Position numbers and translations under genes: made by a program. From positions 1 through 61,772 of the forward strand of contig JAQXQN010000054.1 in the NCBI GenBank assembly GCA_029101185.1: a stretch of 61,772 nucleotides of DNA. Reading direction: 5' to 3'. Numbering within the stretch: position 1 is the first letter of the stretch; each line of letters opens with the position of its first letter. Source of the stretch: Eggerthellales bacterium. Lineage in GTDB: Bacteria > Actinomycetota > Coriobacteriia > Coriobacteriales > Eggerthellaceae. The notes beneath the pieces were generated by a model. That model was not told the DNA's origin and made no database searches. It saw only the letters and a list, made by a program, of their open reading frames with translations. This document shows, in pieces, positions 1 to 8,759 of the stretch.

Positions 1-653
1 CTGGAGGCAACCTGGGCAATGATCTGGGTTGCGATGTTGCAGGCGGTGGAGAAGCTGTGGGGCTTTTCAATCAGGGTGCCGGAGATGACCGTGCCATTCT
101 GGAGCATGTCTTCAAGGTTTACCAGATCGCAGTTGTGCATATGTTGGGCATAGTAGTCAGTATCATGGAAATGAATGAGGCCTTCCTGATGGGCCTTTAC
201 CACGTCCTGAGGAAGCAGAATGCGCATGGCAAGGTCCTTGGAGACCTCCCCGGCCATGTAATCGCGCTGCACGGAGTTAACGGAGGGGTTCTTGTTAGAG
301 TTTTCCTGCTTGACTTCTTCGTTATTGCATTCGATAAGGGAAAGAATCTTATCGTCGGTGGTGTTGGATTGACGCTTAAGGCTTTGGACGTAGCGGTAGA
401 TGATGTACTTACGAGCAACCTCAAATTTGCCCAGGGCCATCAGCTGGTCCTCTACCATATCTTGTATCTCCTCAACGGCCACGGCATGACCGCAAAGCAC
501 GCACTGTACCTCAACCTTAGCGGCAGCAAGGATGATCTCCTCTTCGTTGAGACGCTGCTCGGGCTCCACGTCACGGTTGGCGCCCTTAATGGCGTTCACA
601 ATCTTGGAGATATCGAACGTGGCCTCAGTTCCGTTGCGCTTGATGATTTTCAT
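1..653 (-). CDS. nrdD: Anaerobic (class III) ribonucleoside-triphosphate reductase, N-terminal part, truncated by window edge
   Basis: Manual minus-strand translation: MKIIKRNGTEATFDISKIVNAI (ATP cone)...KQENSNKNPSVNSVQRDYMAGEVSK...AHQEGLIHFHDTDY...HNCDLVNLEDMLQNG...IEKPHSFSTAC; SD AGGAG upstream. Not in the ORF track because it has no stop in the window. Confidence 0.95.
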   Translation of the reverse strand, partial: MKIIKRNGTEATFDISKIVNAIKGANRDVEPEQRLNEEEIILAAAKVEVQCVLCGHAVAVEEIQDMVEDQLMALGKFEVARKYIIYRYVQSLKRQSNTTDDKILSLIECNNEEVKQENSNKNPSVNSVQRDYMAGEVSKDLAMRILLPQDVVKAHQEGLIHFHDTDYYAQHMHNCDLVNLEDMLQNGTVISGTLIEKPHSFSTACNIATQIIAQVAS

Positions 654-734
654 TGGTAACGAGCTCCTCTGTGGCTGGAAATTGATACATCCTCGGGGCA
701 ATTACTTTTGCATGGCTGCCATAATACTCTATTG

Positions 735-778
735 CACAATATATTGTGGTAGCTTTTCGAAATCACCAATAAATTGTG
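735..778. promoter_or_regulatory. Tandem NrdR boxes
   Basis: Perfect palindrome CACAATATATTGTG (735-748) and a degenerate copy ACCAATAAATTGTG (765-778), 30 bp apart, upstream of nrdD; matches the acaCwAtATaTwGtg consensus. Confidence 0.85.
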
Positions 779-1258
779 TGTATTTGTGACAAGAATCCCA
801 ATTGCGGACGTTCATTATGAAGGCAAGATTTCTTTCTTCAATACTTGACCTGTCCGTTTCCCTCTAAGACATCGCCAAATATGAAACCAAAAAGGGTTTT
901 ACCAGGTTGACTCTGGGTGTAGATATTTTTGTCATGTCTTGGTTCTGTCGAGATGCTGTGAGTGGGTCTTTAACGGGACAGTCTTACTTCAAAGATAATC
1001 CACGAAAGAATGTGCAGTCACTGATGTAATCGTGATGGAAGCACGGAATTTCTGCTGCAGAGATCGGGAATCATGTTCCATATTCCGTCTGTACTGCAGC
1101 CGCATTACAAGAATCATTAATTTGCACGATAGCGTGCACGACAGATTTTTAACTAGGATGCAACCATCAGGTTCTGACGCAGTGACCAACAGGAGCAACG
1201 CGTTTGAATGGCGTATGCGCCCCCTCGTATGTAGAACAACCGTGATAAGGAGTATGTA

Positions 1259-1558
1259 ATGAAGATTTTTGGACTTGGTATGCCCGAGCTGCTCATTATT
1301 CTTGCAATCGTTTGCCTACTGTTTGGACCTAAGTACCTTCCTAAACTGGGCAAGGCCTTTGGTAAGACTGTTTCTGCGCTTCGCGAGGGGCTGAACAATG
1401 GAAAGACCGAAGCCCAGGCTGATGAGCCTGAAGAGGAGCCTGAGCCCAAGCGTCGGAAGAAAGCGGTAAAGCCTAAGGCTATCGAAGCTCCCAAGACTCA
1501 AGAAACCCTTGATGCCGCCCAAGAGCAGGCCAACGAAAACCCCGTGGTGACTCTGTAG
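1259..1558 (+). CDS. tatA: Twin-arginine translocase TatA/TatE subunit
   Basis: GLGMPELLIILAIVCLLFGPKYLPKLGKAFG (TM, FG hinge, amphipathic helix), charged tail; SD AAGGAG. Confidence 0.93.
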   Translation: MKIFGLGMPELLIILAIVCLLFGPKYLPKLGKAFGKTVSALREGLNNGKTEAQADEPEEEPEPKRRKKAVKPKAIEAPKTQETLDAAQEQANENPVVTL

Positions 1559-1649
1559 GCATCAGCAATTACCCTATTGCCAATCTCGAAGCGACGCCTT
1601 TCCCTCCCTCCCTGATGGCTGGCGCGATCACATGCGGGCTCTGGCCCGC

Positions 1650-1699
1650 AGCGGCACCCCTGGTAGATTCATCAGATGCCGGGGGTGCCGCTTGTTTTT
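1650..1699 (+). terminator. Intrinsic terminator after tatA
   Basis: AGCGGCACCCC...GGGGTGCCGCT stem followed by TGTTTTT. Confidence 0.8.
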
Positions 1700-1780
1700 G
1701 TCATGCAACCTATCATGCAATCCCTTATCCTTCCATATCTGCACGCATGCCTTTGATATGATGGTGCCGAAGGAGGGATC

Positions 1781-3205
1781 ATGTCTGCTGAAAAGGCTCA
1801 CACGCACAATTCCGAACGTGGCATGACGCCATGGCGGATAGTAGGCTTTGCTTGCTATCAGAGTTTTATCTACGCAGGATTTTACTCCAGCGGCGGATCC
1901 GCTATCTCATTAGATGGTAATGATTATTACCGGTTGGATTTGCTGGCAACGCTGATCTGCATGGCCCTTGGCTTTACCTTCATCAATATCGCACCTATAG
2001 TATCACGAGCTCTGGACGCTTCGACATGGTCTGTGCCATGCTGCGCGGTCATGATGCTTGTCGGTGTGGCGTTCGCTCAGGTGGTTTCAGAAACCACTGC
2101 ACTATCACTAATTGCCTATGGCGTGCTCACGGGCATTCCCCTTGCGCTACTGCTCAGGTGGTGGGGGGCGGAATTTGGAAAGGACTCCCCAAATCAAGCT
2201 GCTGCGGATGTGATGATAGCCTCAGGCCTTGCTGCTGGCTTATGTTTTGTTGCGGGGTGTGTTGATGCCCTTGGCTCCGTGGTGGTTCAGTGCGCGGTCA
2301 CCGCATTAAGTGCAGGAGTCCTCATGCGGTTGCAAGATCGAAGCGCTTCCTCTAATCGAGTATGTGATGCACGGGCACTCTCTCGTGTGGAAGCGGCTCC
2401 ACACCATGAGTGGAGGCTGGCTATGGGGGGGACAATGATGTACGGGTTTGCAGCCGGCATCATGGAGATCTATGTGTTTCTCACCTACTCCACCGGTATG
2501 CGCGTGCTCAACACGGCGCTCTTTATCCTGCTTTTGTTCTGCATTGCGGCATACCAATCTTTAACCTGGAAAGATGACTCCTCCACTGCCAGTCTTGCTT
2601 TTCTCTACAAGACCGTTGTGATGATCGTGGTCGCCGGCTTTTTCCTGACTCCGATCCTGGAGGGCGTTTCTGATCTTGGCGAGACTGTGGTCTTGGGTGG
2701 CTTTCTAGGCCTGCAGACAACTCTGGCAGGGGCCTTTATTGCCATCTCTAGCAAAACCGCGACACCGGTCCAAGACGGTTTCACGAGAGGTTTCTTCGCG
2801 CTGTTTGCCGGTGAGGCGTTTGGAATTCTGTTTGGGAATGCCACGCAGTACGCACCCATGCTTACCGCTTTCGGTCCTGGAGAACTGGTGGCCATCGGCG
2901 GAATAGCGATGCTCTTTGCATATCTGTATCTGTTCACCAACAACTCCTTCGCGCAGTATTCGGAAGCGGTGACGCCCCAGGACGGTAAGGAGCGCGCTGC
3001 TTATGCTATGGCGCGGGAGTATCGGCTCTCCCCCCGTGAAACTGAAGTGATAGAGTTGGCATTGCGGGGATGGACAAACGAACGTATCTCTCAAGAGCTC
3101 TACGTATCCAAAAGCACCGTGGACACTCATCTACGACGGATTTACGGAAAACTGGGAATCCATACGAGGCAGGAGTTGTATGACCTGGCCGGTCGCGGGC
3201 GTTAA
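1781..3205 (+). CDS. Membrane-anchored (about 12 TM) LuxR-family transcriptional regulator
   Basis: About 390 aa hydrophobic multi-TM region, then LuxR HTH (LSPRETEVIELALRGWTNERISQELYVSKSTVDTHLRRIYGKLGIHTRQEL); architecture characteristic of Eggerthellaceae. Confidence 0.92.
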   Translation: MSAEKAHTHNSERGMTPWRIVGFACYQSFIYAGFYSSGGSAISLDGNDYYRLDLLATLICMALGFTFINIAPIVSRALDASTWSVPCCAVMMLVGVAFAQVVSETTALSLIAYGVLTGIPLALLLRWWGAEFGKDSPNQAAADVMIASGLAAGLCFVAGCVDALGSVVVQCAVTALSAGVLMRLQDRSASSNRVCDARALSRVEAAPHHEWRLAMGGTMMYGFAAGIMEIYVFLTYSTGMRVLNTALFILLLFCIAAYQSLTWKDDSSTASLAFLYKTVVMIVVAGFFLTPILEGVSDLGETVVLGGFLGLQTTLAGAFIAISSKTATPVQDGFTRGFFALFAGEAFGILFGNATQYAPMLTAFGPGELVAIGGIAMLFAYLYLFTNNSFAQYSEAVTPQDGKERAAYAMAREYRLSPRETEVIELALRGWTNERISQELYVSKSTVDTHLRRIYGKLGIHTRQELYDLAGRGR

Positions 3206-3292
3206 TCCGAGCGCGCATTGACTCGGTCGCGGGCGTTAATCCGAGCGCGCATTGACTCGGGCGCGGGCGTTAATCCGAGCGTGCATTGACTC
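3191..3292. repeat. 3 x 34-bp tandem repeat, plus a degenerate 4th copy to about 3329
   Basis: GGTCGCGGGCGTTAATCCGAGCGCGCATTGACTC at 3191 and 3225 (identical) and 3259 (2 mismatches). Confidence 0.95.
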
Positions 3293-3338
3293 GGGCGCGG
3301 GTGTTGAATGGAGCGTAGGTTGAGCGCCCCTTGGGTTT

Positions 3339-3737
3339 TTACGAGGCGTACACCATATGCCCCAAAAACCTACCAGCAATCACCCCAAGAATACATAGTC
3401 CCAGGCTGAGTACGGCGTTAACAACCGCAAGGCCAAACGCCTGGCTTTGCCATAAAGCCACGGTTTCCAGGCTAAAGGTAGAAAAGGTGGTAAAGCCGCC
3501 GAGCAGCCCGGTAATAGAGAACAGTCGCCATGAGGAACCTTTCTCCCCCATCTGTTCAAAGATTACGGATAAGAAGCCTATGGCGAAGCTTCCAATCACG
3601 TTAGCTAACGCCGTGCCCAAGGGAAACCCTCCCAAAAAGTCCTCTGGGGATAGTTTGGTGACCGCAACTCCAATCAGATACCTCCCAATCGCGCCGATGC
3701 TTGCGCCTAGGCCTACGATCATGCACTGAACGACCAC
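3339..3737 (-). CDS. crcB: Fluoride efflux channel Fluc/CrcB
   Basis: GASIGAIGRY, FPLGTALANVIGSF, TGLLGGFTTFSTFSLE motifs; GTG start after GAGGAGG. Confidence 0.93.
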   Translation of the reverse strand: MVVQCMIVGLGASIGAIGRYLIGVAVTKLSPEDFLGGFPLGTALANVIGSFAIGFLSVIFEQMGEKGSSWRLFSITGLLGGFTTFSTFSLETVALWQSQAFGLAVVNAVLSLGLCILGVIAGRFLGHMVYAS

Positions 3738-3855
3738 CGTTTTCCTCCTCAAACCTGCTTAAATGGATTTCACGACCATACAACCAATACCCGTCCAAAA
3801 AGAGGGGTATCCTATTACTACACAGTGACTACACCCGACAAGAGGAACACTCATC

Positions 3856-4866
3856 ATGGCACAGACCCCGTCAAGGACCCAGCACCATGCAGACCGCGCG
3901 TTTCAGCCCTTCACAGTAAAGCTCATGTGGCAGGAGGTGGCGCCTCATACATGGCCTGCGGCAATCATGCCAACACTCATCGCTCTTGTCTTAAGCGTGC
4001 TTTCCACCAACGGCAACGGCCAGTCCATTTCGCTCATTACTGCGCTGGTGCTTCTGGTAATTGTCATCCTTATGCAAAGCTCCGTAAACACCTTTAACGA
4101 CTACTTTGACTACGTCAAGGGCGTTGACACCCCTGATACTTCATCCACAGACATCTCCGATGCCATTTTCGTGTACTACAACGTTAACCCCAAAAGCGGC
4201 CTTGCCCTTGCTGTGGGGCTTCTGGCGTCTGCCTTTGGGCTGGGAATATACATCATCTGCATATCCGGAGTGGTGCCTTTGTTGATTGCTCTGGTTGGCG
4301 CAGTGATCGTGGCCGCATACTCGGGAGGGAAAACGCCCATCTCCTACTACCCCATTGGCGAAGTGGTCAGCGGGTTTGTTATGGGTGGGTTGATTCCCCT
4401 GGCGGATTATTATGTGCTTACTGGTACGTTGGATTTCTGGGTGCTGCCGTACACGATACCCTGCATGATTGGCATTGGGCTCATCATGATGTCAAACAAC
4501 ATCAGCGACATCGAAAAGGATACCCAGGCCCAGCGCAAGACCTTGGCCGTGGTGCTAGGCCGGCCAACATGCACGTCCCTTTACCATGGGCTGTATGGAT
4601 GCTGGGTTGTATCCATTGTCCTGATCAGCATGTGGGTATGTTTCAACCTCACCCACTCAATCTCGAGCCTGGCTTCCGTGCTGTTCATGGTTCCCGTTAT
4701 GGGGCTGTGCATCTTGCCATCGGCACGGGCGCTCATGAACAATCCTCTCACCTTCGCAACGCGTGACATGACCATGCCCCAGATACTGGGTCAAAACGTC
4801 ATGCTGGGAGCTTTTTTCTGCATCATGCTGCTGCTTGGGGCCTTTGCGCCCTTCGCCCTGGTCTAA
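3856..4866 (+). CDS. menA: 1,4-dihydroxy-2-naphthoate prenyltransferase (UbiA/MenA family)
   Basis: NTFNDYFDYVKGVD and NNISDIEKD...RKTLAV aspartate-rich motifs; multi-TM. Confidence 0.85.
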   Translation: MAQTPSRTQHHADRAFQPFTVKLMWQEVAPHTWPAAIMPTLIALVLSVLSTNGNGQSISLITALVLLVIVILMQSSVNTFNDYFDYVKGVDTPDTSSTDISDAIFVYYNVNPKSGLALAVGLLASAFGLGIYIICISGVVPLLIALVGAVIVAAYSGGKTPISYYPIGEVVSGFVMGGLIPLADYYVLTGTLDFWVLPYTIPCMIGIGLIMMSNNISDIEKDTQAQRKTLAVVLGRPTCTSLYHGLYGCWVVSIVLISMWVCFNLTHSISSLASVLFMVPVMGLCILPSARALMNNPLTFATRDMTMPQILGQNVMLGAFFCIMLLLGAFAPFALV

Positions 4867-4873
4867 ACAGCCG

Positions 4874-5890
4874 CTAGATGAAGGCAACAGGAATCTGAGC
4901 GGTACAATAATCCTGGGGAGAGAAACGCTCCAATAGCTGCTCCATGGTGACTTCCGGCGGGTTTTCACGCAATGTCGAAGCGTCCTTGCCGTCAAGGGGA
5001 ATCATTGAGGTAATTGCGGCGATGTACCCAAGAACCCGCTGAGGGGTCTTGAACCGTTCTGCCAAATGGATGACGCTCAGGTCTCCATCGCGTTTGGCTA
5101 ACCGCCTACCATCCCCATCCACGATCAATGGCGTATGGCAGTATTCCATGGGATGGTATTGCGAAAGAGAGCAACCGGAAAGTGCGCTCAGGATGTCCAT
5201 CTGCACAGGGGTTGATTCCACTAGGTCGCAGCCTCGAACCACCTGAGTCACTCCTTGGTCAATGTCGTCTACACATACCGCCAACTGATACGAGAATCCG
5301 CCATCGGAACGAATCAGGATAGGGTCGCCGCAGTCTCGGGGAAGCGAAAGCGTTTGGGGTCCCTGAAACAGATCGGTAAAGGACACTTCGTCATCCGAAA
5401 CCAAAAACCGCCAGGCACAGGACTTGACCTGGGATTTTTTGAAAATCTCTTGTGGAGTGAGGTTTCTGCAGGTGCCAGGGTAGACAAAATGATCTCCGCG
5501 ATGAGGGGCGCTCGCCGCATGCCAATCCGCACGAGAGCAAAAGCAGGGATACGCCCTCCCCCATCGACGCAGGTCTTCAAAGGCCTCCCGATACAGGTCA
5601 AGACGCTGATGCTGGTACACCTCCGGGCCTTCCCAAGTAAGCCCCAACCATTCAAGAAGCTTGAGGGCCTCGGTGGCAAATTGTGGTTTGCATCGAGCGT
5701 AATCAATGTCCTCGATGCGCATGACCACATATCCGTTGCGGTAGTGGGCGGCTAGCCAGGTTAGCATCATTGCGTAGAGGTTGCCCACATGCAAAGGCCC
5801 TGATGGCGTAGGGGCAAACCTACCAACCGCCCCCTGATGGGATTGGCAGGCGGCTGGTGGATGGGTGGTGCAGGTCTGCATGTGAGCCAT
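4874..5890 (-). CDS. gluQ: tRNA glutamyl-Q(34) synthetase GluQRS
   Basis: GRFAPTPSGPLHVGN, RIEDID, YPCFCSR...YPGTC, YQLAVCVDD, VVRGCDL, RRLAKRDG; lacks an anticodon-binding domain. Start uncertain. Confidence 0.9.
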   Translation of the reverse strand: MAHMQTCTTHPPAACQSHQGAVGRFAPTPSGPLHVGNLYAMMLTWLAAHYRNGYVVMRIEDIDYARCKPQFATEALKLLEWLGLTWEGPEVYQHQRLDLYREAFEDLRRWGRAYPCFCSRADWHAASAPHRGDHFVYPGTCRNLTPQEIFKKSQVKSCAWRFLVSDDEVSFTDLFQGPQTLSLPRDCGDPILIRSDGGFSYQLAVCVDDIDQGVTQVVRGCDLVESTPVQMDILSALSGCSLSQYHPMEYCHTPLIVDGDGRRLAKRDGDLSVIHLAERFKTPQRVLGYIAAITSMIPLDGKDASTLRENPPEVTMEQLLERFSPQDYCTAQIPVAFI

Positions 5891-5919
5891 GACAGCGGTG
5901 GGTGCGATAACCAGGCGCG

Positions 5920-6486
5920 TTACTGCCGAGGGGCGGCAAATGCGGCCAGGTTGGACTGGAGGAACTTTGCAGGCACGCGGCGTGAAATGGTCTGGACCCA
6001 CAGGTCCTCGGGGTAAGGAAGATATGCGGATAGGGCCCCAAGCATGACGATATTCGCGGCCTTTATAGATCCCGCTTGGGCGGCGAAGCGCACGGCGTCA
6101 ATCATGTGCGCCCCCCGATCCACCAGGGATTTTCTGACACCCGAAGCTGGCTTTGCAGCGCCGGAAAGGACGGAAAGGGGCTGGATGGTCTGGTCGTTGA
6201 CAATAAGGGTGCCCGTGGGGCTTAGGTAGTGGATATTGCGCAGCGCCTCAGTGGTTTCAAATCCAAGCAGATAATCAACGCTTCCAGGTGAAGCCACCAT
6301 AGAGGAGACTTCCTCTCCAACCCGAATAATGGTGGTAACCGCGCCGCCGCGCTGGGACATGCCGTGAATCTCGGAGATTTTCACGTCCTGGCCGTAAGCC
6401 ATGGCGCATCGGGCAAGAATGTCGGCTGCAAGCACGGCCCCTTGCCCACCAACGCCGCAGATCATGATGGTGGTGGTAGTAGGCAT
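5920..6486 (-). CDS. iorB: Indolepyruvate:ferredoxin oxidoreductase beta subunit
   Basis: CGVGGQGAVLA, SEIHGMSQRGGAV, NIVMLGALS; TAATG overlap with iorA stop. Confidence 0.93.
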   Translation of the reverse strand: MPTTTTIMICGVGGQGAVLAADILARCAMAYGQDVKISEIHGMSQRGGAVTTIIRVGEEVSSMVASPGSVDYLLGFETTEALRNIHYLSPTGTLIVNDQTIQPLSVLSGAAKPASGVRKSLVDRGAHMIDAVRFAAQAGSIKAANIVMLGALSAYLPYPEDLWVQTISRRVPAKFLQSNLAAFAAPRQ

Positions 6487-8246
6487 TATCGGCCTCCTTC
6501 TTGAGTGATGCAGTGGAATCCACACATCTGGGCACATTGTCCGCAGCCCACGCAAGCGTTTGCGTCAATGGAGGCGATGCGGGATTCTCGGTCAAAGGCG
6601 ATAGCAGGACACCCAAGAAGGGAGCAGATGCTGCAGCCACGGCAATCATGGACCTGATAGGGCGCGGGATGCTGTTTCTCAAGCATGACGCAGGGACCCT
6701 TGAAAATGATAACGCTGAGCCTATCCGTTGCCTGGGTGGCCTGGGTGAGGGCTTGTCGCACGTGGCTCAGGTCGAAGGGGTCCGCACACACCACGTCCTC
6801 AACGCCAAGCGCCCTGCACAGGGCAACAAGGTCCACTTCCTTGCTGGGGCGATGCTGGAGGGTGATACCGTTAACAGGGTTGCCTTGATGGCCGGTCATG
6901 GCCGTGGTGCGGTTGTCCAGAATGCATACGGTTCCTGCACCCGTGTTATACACGGTGTTGAGCAGCGAGGTGATCCCCGAGTGAGTAAAGGTGGAATCCC
7001 CAATCACGGCAACAACCGGAGCATGATGGCTCTTATGTGCCAGGGCAAGCTCAAATCCGTGGGCCATGGAGATGGATGCACCCATGTCGAGGGTGGAATC
7101 CATGGCGTTGAGGGGGGCAAGTGCCCCAAGGGTGTAGCAACCAATGTCACCCGTCACAATGCAGCGCATGCGGGAAAGCTCCCTAAACACCAGCCTGTGG
7201 GGGCATCCGGCGCACAGAGCAGGAGGACGTCCGGGAAGCCCCTCTACGGGTTGGGTACCCAAAGGATCACAGAAACCAAAGGCCTCCTGGATGTCTCGGG
7301 GGGTTAGCTCTCCCCAGCTGCACAGGGGATTTTCAGGTTCGCAGAGTTCAATCCCAAGGCTGCTGACCTGATTAGAGAGGTAGTCCGAGCCCTCCTCAAC
7401 CACGTACACTTCGTCAACAGAGGCAGAGAACTGGCAAATCATCTCTGCAGGCAACGGATAGGTGACACCCAGCTTGAGGATATGAGCCTCAGGCAGGGCC
7501 TCGCGGACATGCTGGTAGGTGGCGCCGGAGCAGATCACGCCAAAGCGGGATGCGCCGTGGGCCGAGGGCTCACAAGGGGCGATAACCTGGTTGTAGGGGC
7601 AGGTTTCCACCCATTGGCGCAGGTCAGCCAGGCGCTCTTCTAGGACAATACGACGCTGCTTGGCATACAGGGGCATCATGACCCACTTGGAGGGATCCTT
7701 CTTGTACTCCTTAGGGGTATACGCGTTGCGCTCCCCCAGCTCAACCGGACACTTGGTATGGCTGACCCGTACCGTAGAACGGATAATGATGGGCGTGTCG
7801 AAGCGTTCAGACAGGTCAAAGGCATCCTTGGTGAAACTGAGGGCCTCACGACTATCTGCAGGTTCAAGAACGGGGATATGGGCCGCCAGACCATAGAAGC
7901 GGGAGTCCTGCTCATTTTGGGAAGAGTGCATGCCAGGGTCATCGGCGGCAAGCAACACAAAGCCGCCGTTAACGCCCGTGTATGCTGCGGTAAACAGAGG
8001 GTCTGCGGCCACATTGACGCCCACGTGCTTCATGGAGGAAAGCACCCTGCTGCCAGCGGCGCTTGCGCCCACGCACACTTCGACAGCCACCTTCTCATTA
8101 GGGGCCCACTCGGCGTACACGTCGGGTAGCTTGGCAAAAGCCTCCATGGTTTCTGTGGAAGGGGTGCCCGGATATGCAACGCCAATAGAGGCTCCCGCCT
8201 CCCAGGCTCCTCGGGCTATGGCTTCATTGCCTGACAAGAGTTCCAT
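6486..8246 (-). CDS. iorA: Indolepyruvate:ferredoxin oxidoreductase alpha subunit
   Basis: LLSGNEAIARGA, YPGTPSTE, MKHVGVNVAADP, RPPALCAGCPHR, GDIGCY, TPP motif GDSTF...DN, C-terminal ferredoxin Cys motifs. Confidence 0.95.
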   Translation of the reverse strand: MELLSGNEAIARGAWEAGASIGVAYPGTPSTETMEAFAKLPDVYAEWAPNEKVAVEVCVGASAAGSRVLSSMKHVGVNVAADPLFTAAYTGVNGGFVLLAADDPGMHSSQNEQDSRFYGLAAHIPVLEPADSREALSFTKDAFDLSERFDTPIIIRSTVRVSHTKCPVELGERNAYTPKEYKKDPSKWVMMPLYAKQRRIVLEERLADLRQWVETCPYNQVIAPCEPSAHGASRFGVICSGATYQHVREALPEAHILKLGVTYPLPAEMICQFSASVDEVYVVEEGSDYLSNQVSSLGIELCEPENPLCSWGELTPRDIQEAFGFCDPLGTQPVEGLPGRPPALCAGCPHRLVFRELSRMRCIVTGDIGCYTLGALAPLNAMDSTLDMGASISMAHGFELALAHKSHHAPVVAVIGDSTFTHSGITSLLNTVYNTGAGTVCILDNRTTAMTGHQGNPVNGITLQHRPSKEVDLVALCRALGVEDVVCADPFDLSHVRQALTQATQATDRLSVIIFKGPCVMLEKQHPAPYQVHDCRGCSICSLLGCPAIAFDRESRIASIDANACVGCGQCAQMCGFHCITQEGGR

Positions 8247-8276
8247 GCAAATCTCCTAACCAATGCGGCACAGTGA

Positions 8277-8720
8277 CTATCGAGCGCAGGACTGGAACAC
8301 CAAAGAGAAGGTGCCCACCTGGACAACGTCGCCATCCGCTAGCATAGCGGATTTCACGTTGACGTTGTTTACCCAAAGTCCGTTATACGAGTCCTGGTCA
8401 AGGACGGTGTAGGTGGCTCCCGTGCGCTCAAGCACGGCATGAAGCCGCGAAACGGTCATGTCGTTGAGAAATACGTCGCACTGGGGGCTTCTGCCAATGG
8501 TAAGCCTATCCCCCCGCAGCTCTATGGTGTTTCCAGCCTGCGGCCCTTTTACCACCTTAAACTGCGCGAGGTTGGGCACGGGCTGCTGAGAAACGGCGGT
8601 CAGAGGGTTAATGACCACAGGCTCAAAGGCCTGAGTTGCCCCTGCCATGCGGTACCCGCAGGATGGGCACACGCTCTCATTGTGGGTAAGGGGGGTGAAG
8701 CACACGGGACATTGGGTCAT
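8277..8720 (-). CDS. Zinc-ribbon plus FHA domain protein, GarA/OdhI-like
   Basis: CPVC...CPSC ribbon; FHA motifs IGRSPQCDVFLNDMTVSRLHA, DQDSYNG, LADGDVVQVGTFSLVF; SD GAAAGGA. Confidence 0.88.
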   Translation of the reverse strand: MTQCPVCFTPLTHNESVCPSCGYRMAGATQAFEPVVINPLTAVSQQPVPNLAQFKVVKGPQAGNTIELRGDRLTIGRSPQCDVFLNDMTVSRLHAVLERTGATYTVLDQDSYNGLWVNNVNVKSAMLADGDVVQVGTFSLVFQSCAR

Positions 8721-8759
8721 GTGCGGATCCTTTCTCAAAAAGTCAAACGGGGGTTGGGT

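Noticed and set aside
57-659. 200-aa plus-strand ORF
   Set aside because: Antisense shadow of nrdD, which is clearly recognisable on the minus strand.
654-1258. Cobalamin riboswitch upstream of nrdD
   Set aside because: No B12-box recognised; NrdR boxes account for the regulation.
3191-3329. Possible mini-CRISPR (34-bp repeats)
   Set aside because: Repeats are head-to-tail with no spacers, and there are no cas genes in the window.
3738-3855. Fluoride riboswitch upstream of crcB
   Set aside because: I could not find the GATGG-GTTC...GATG-C-CCTAC consensus; the gap is short and shared with the menA promoter.
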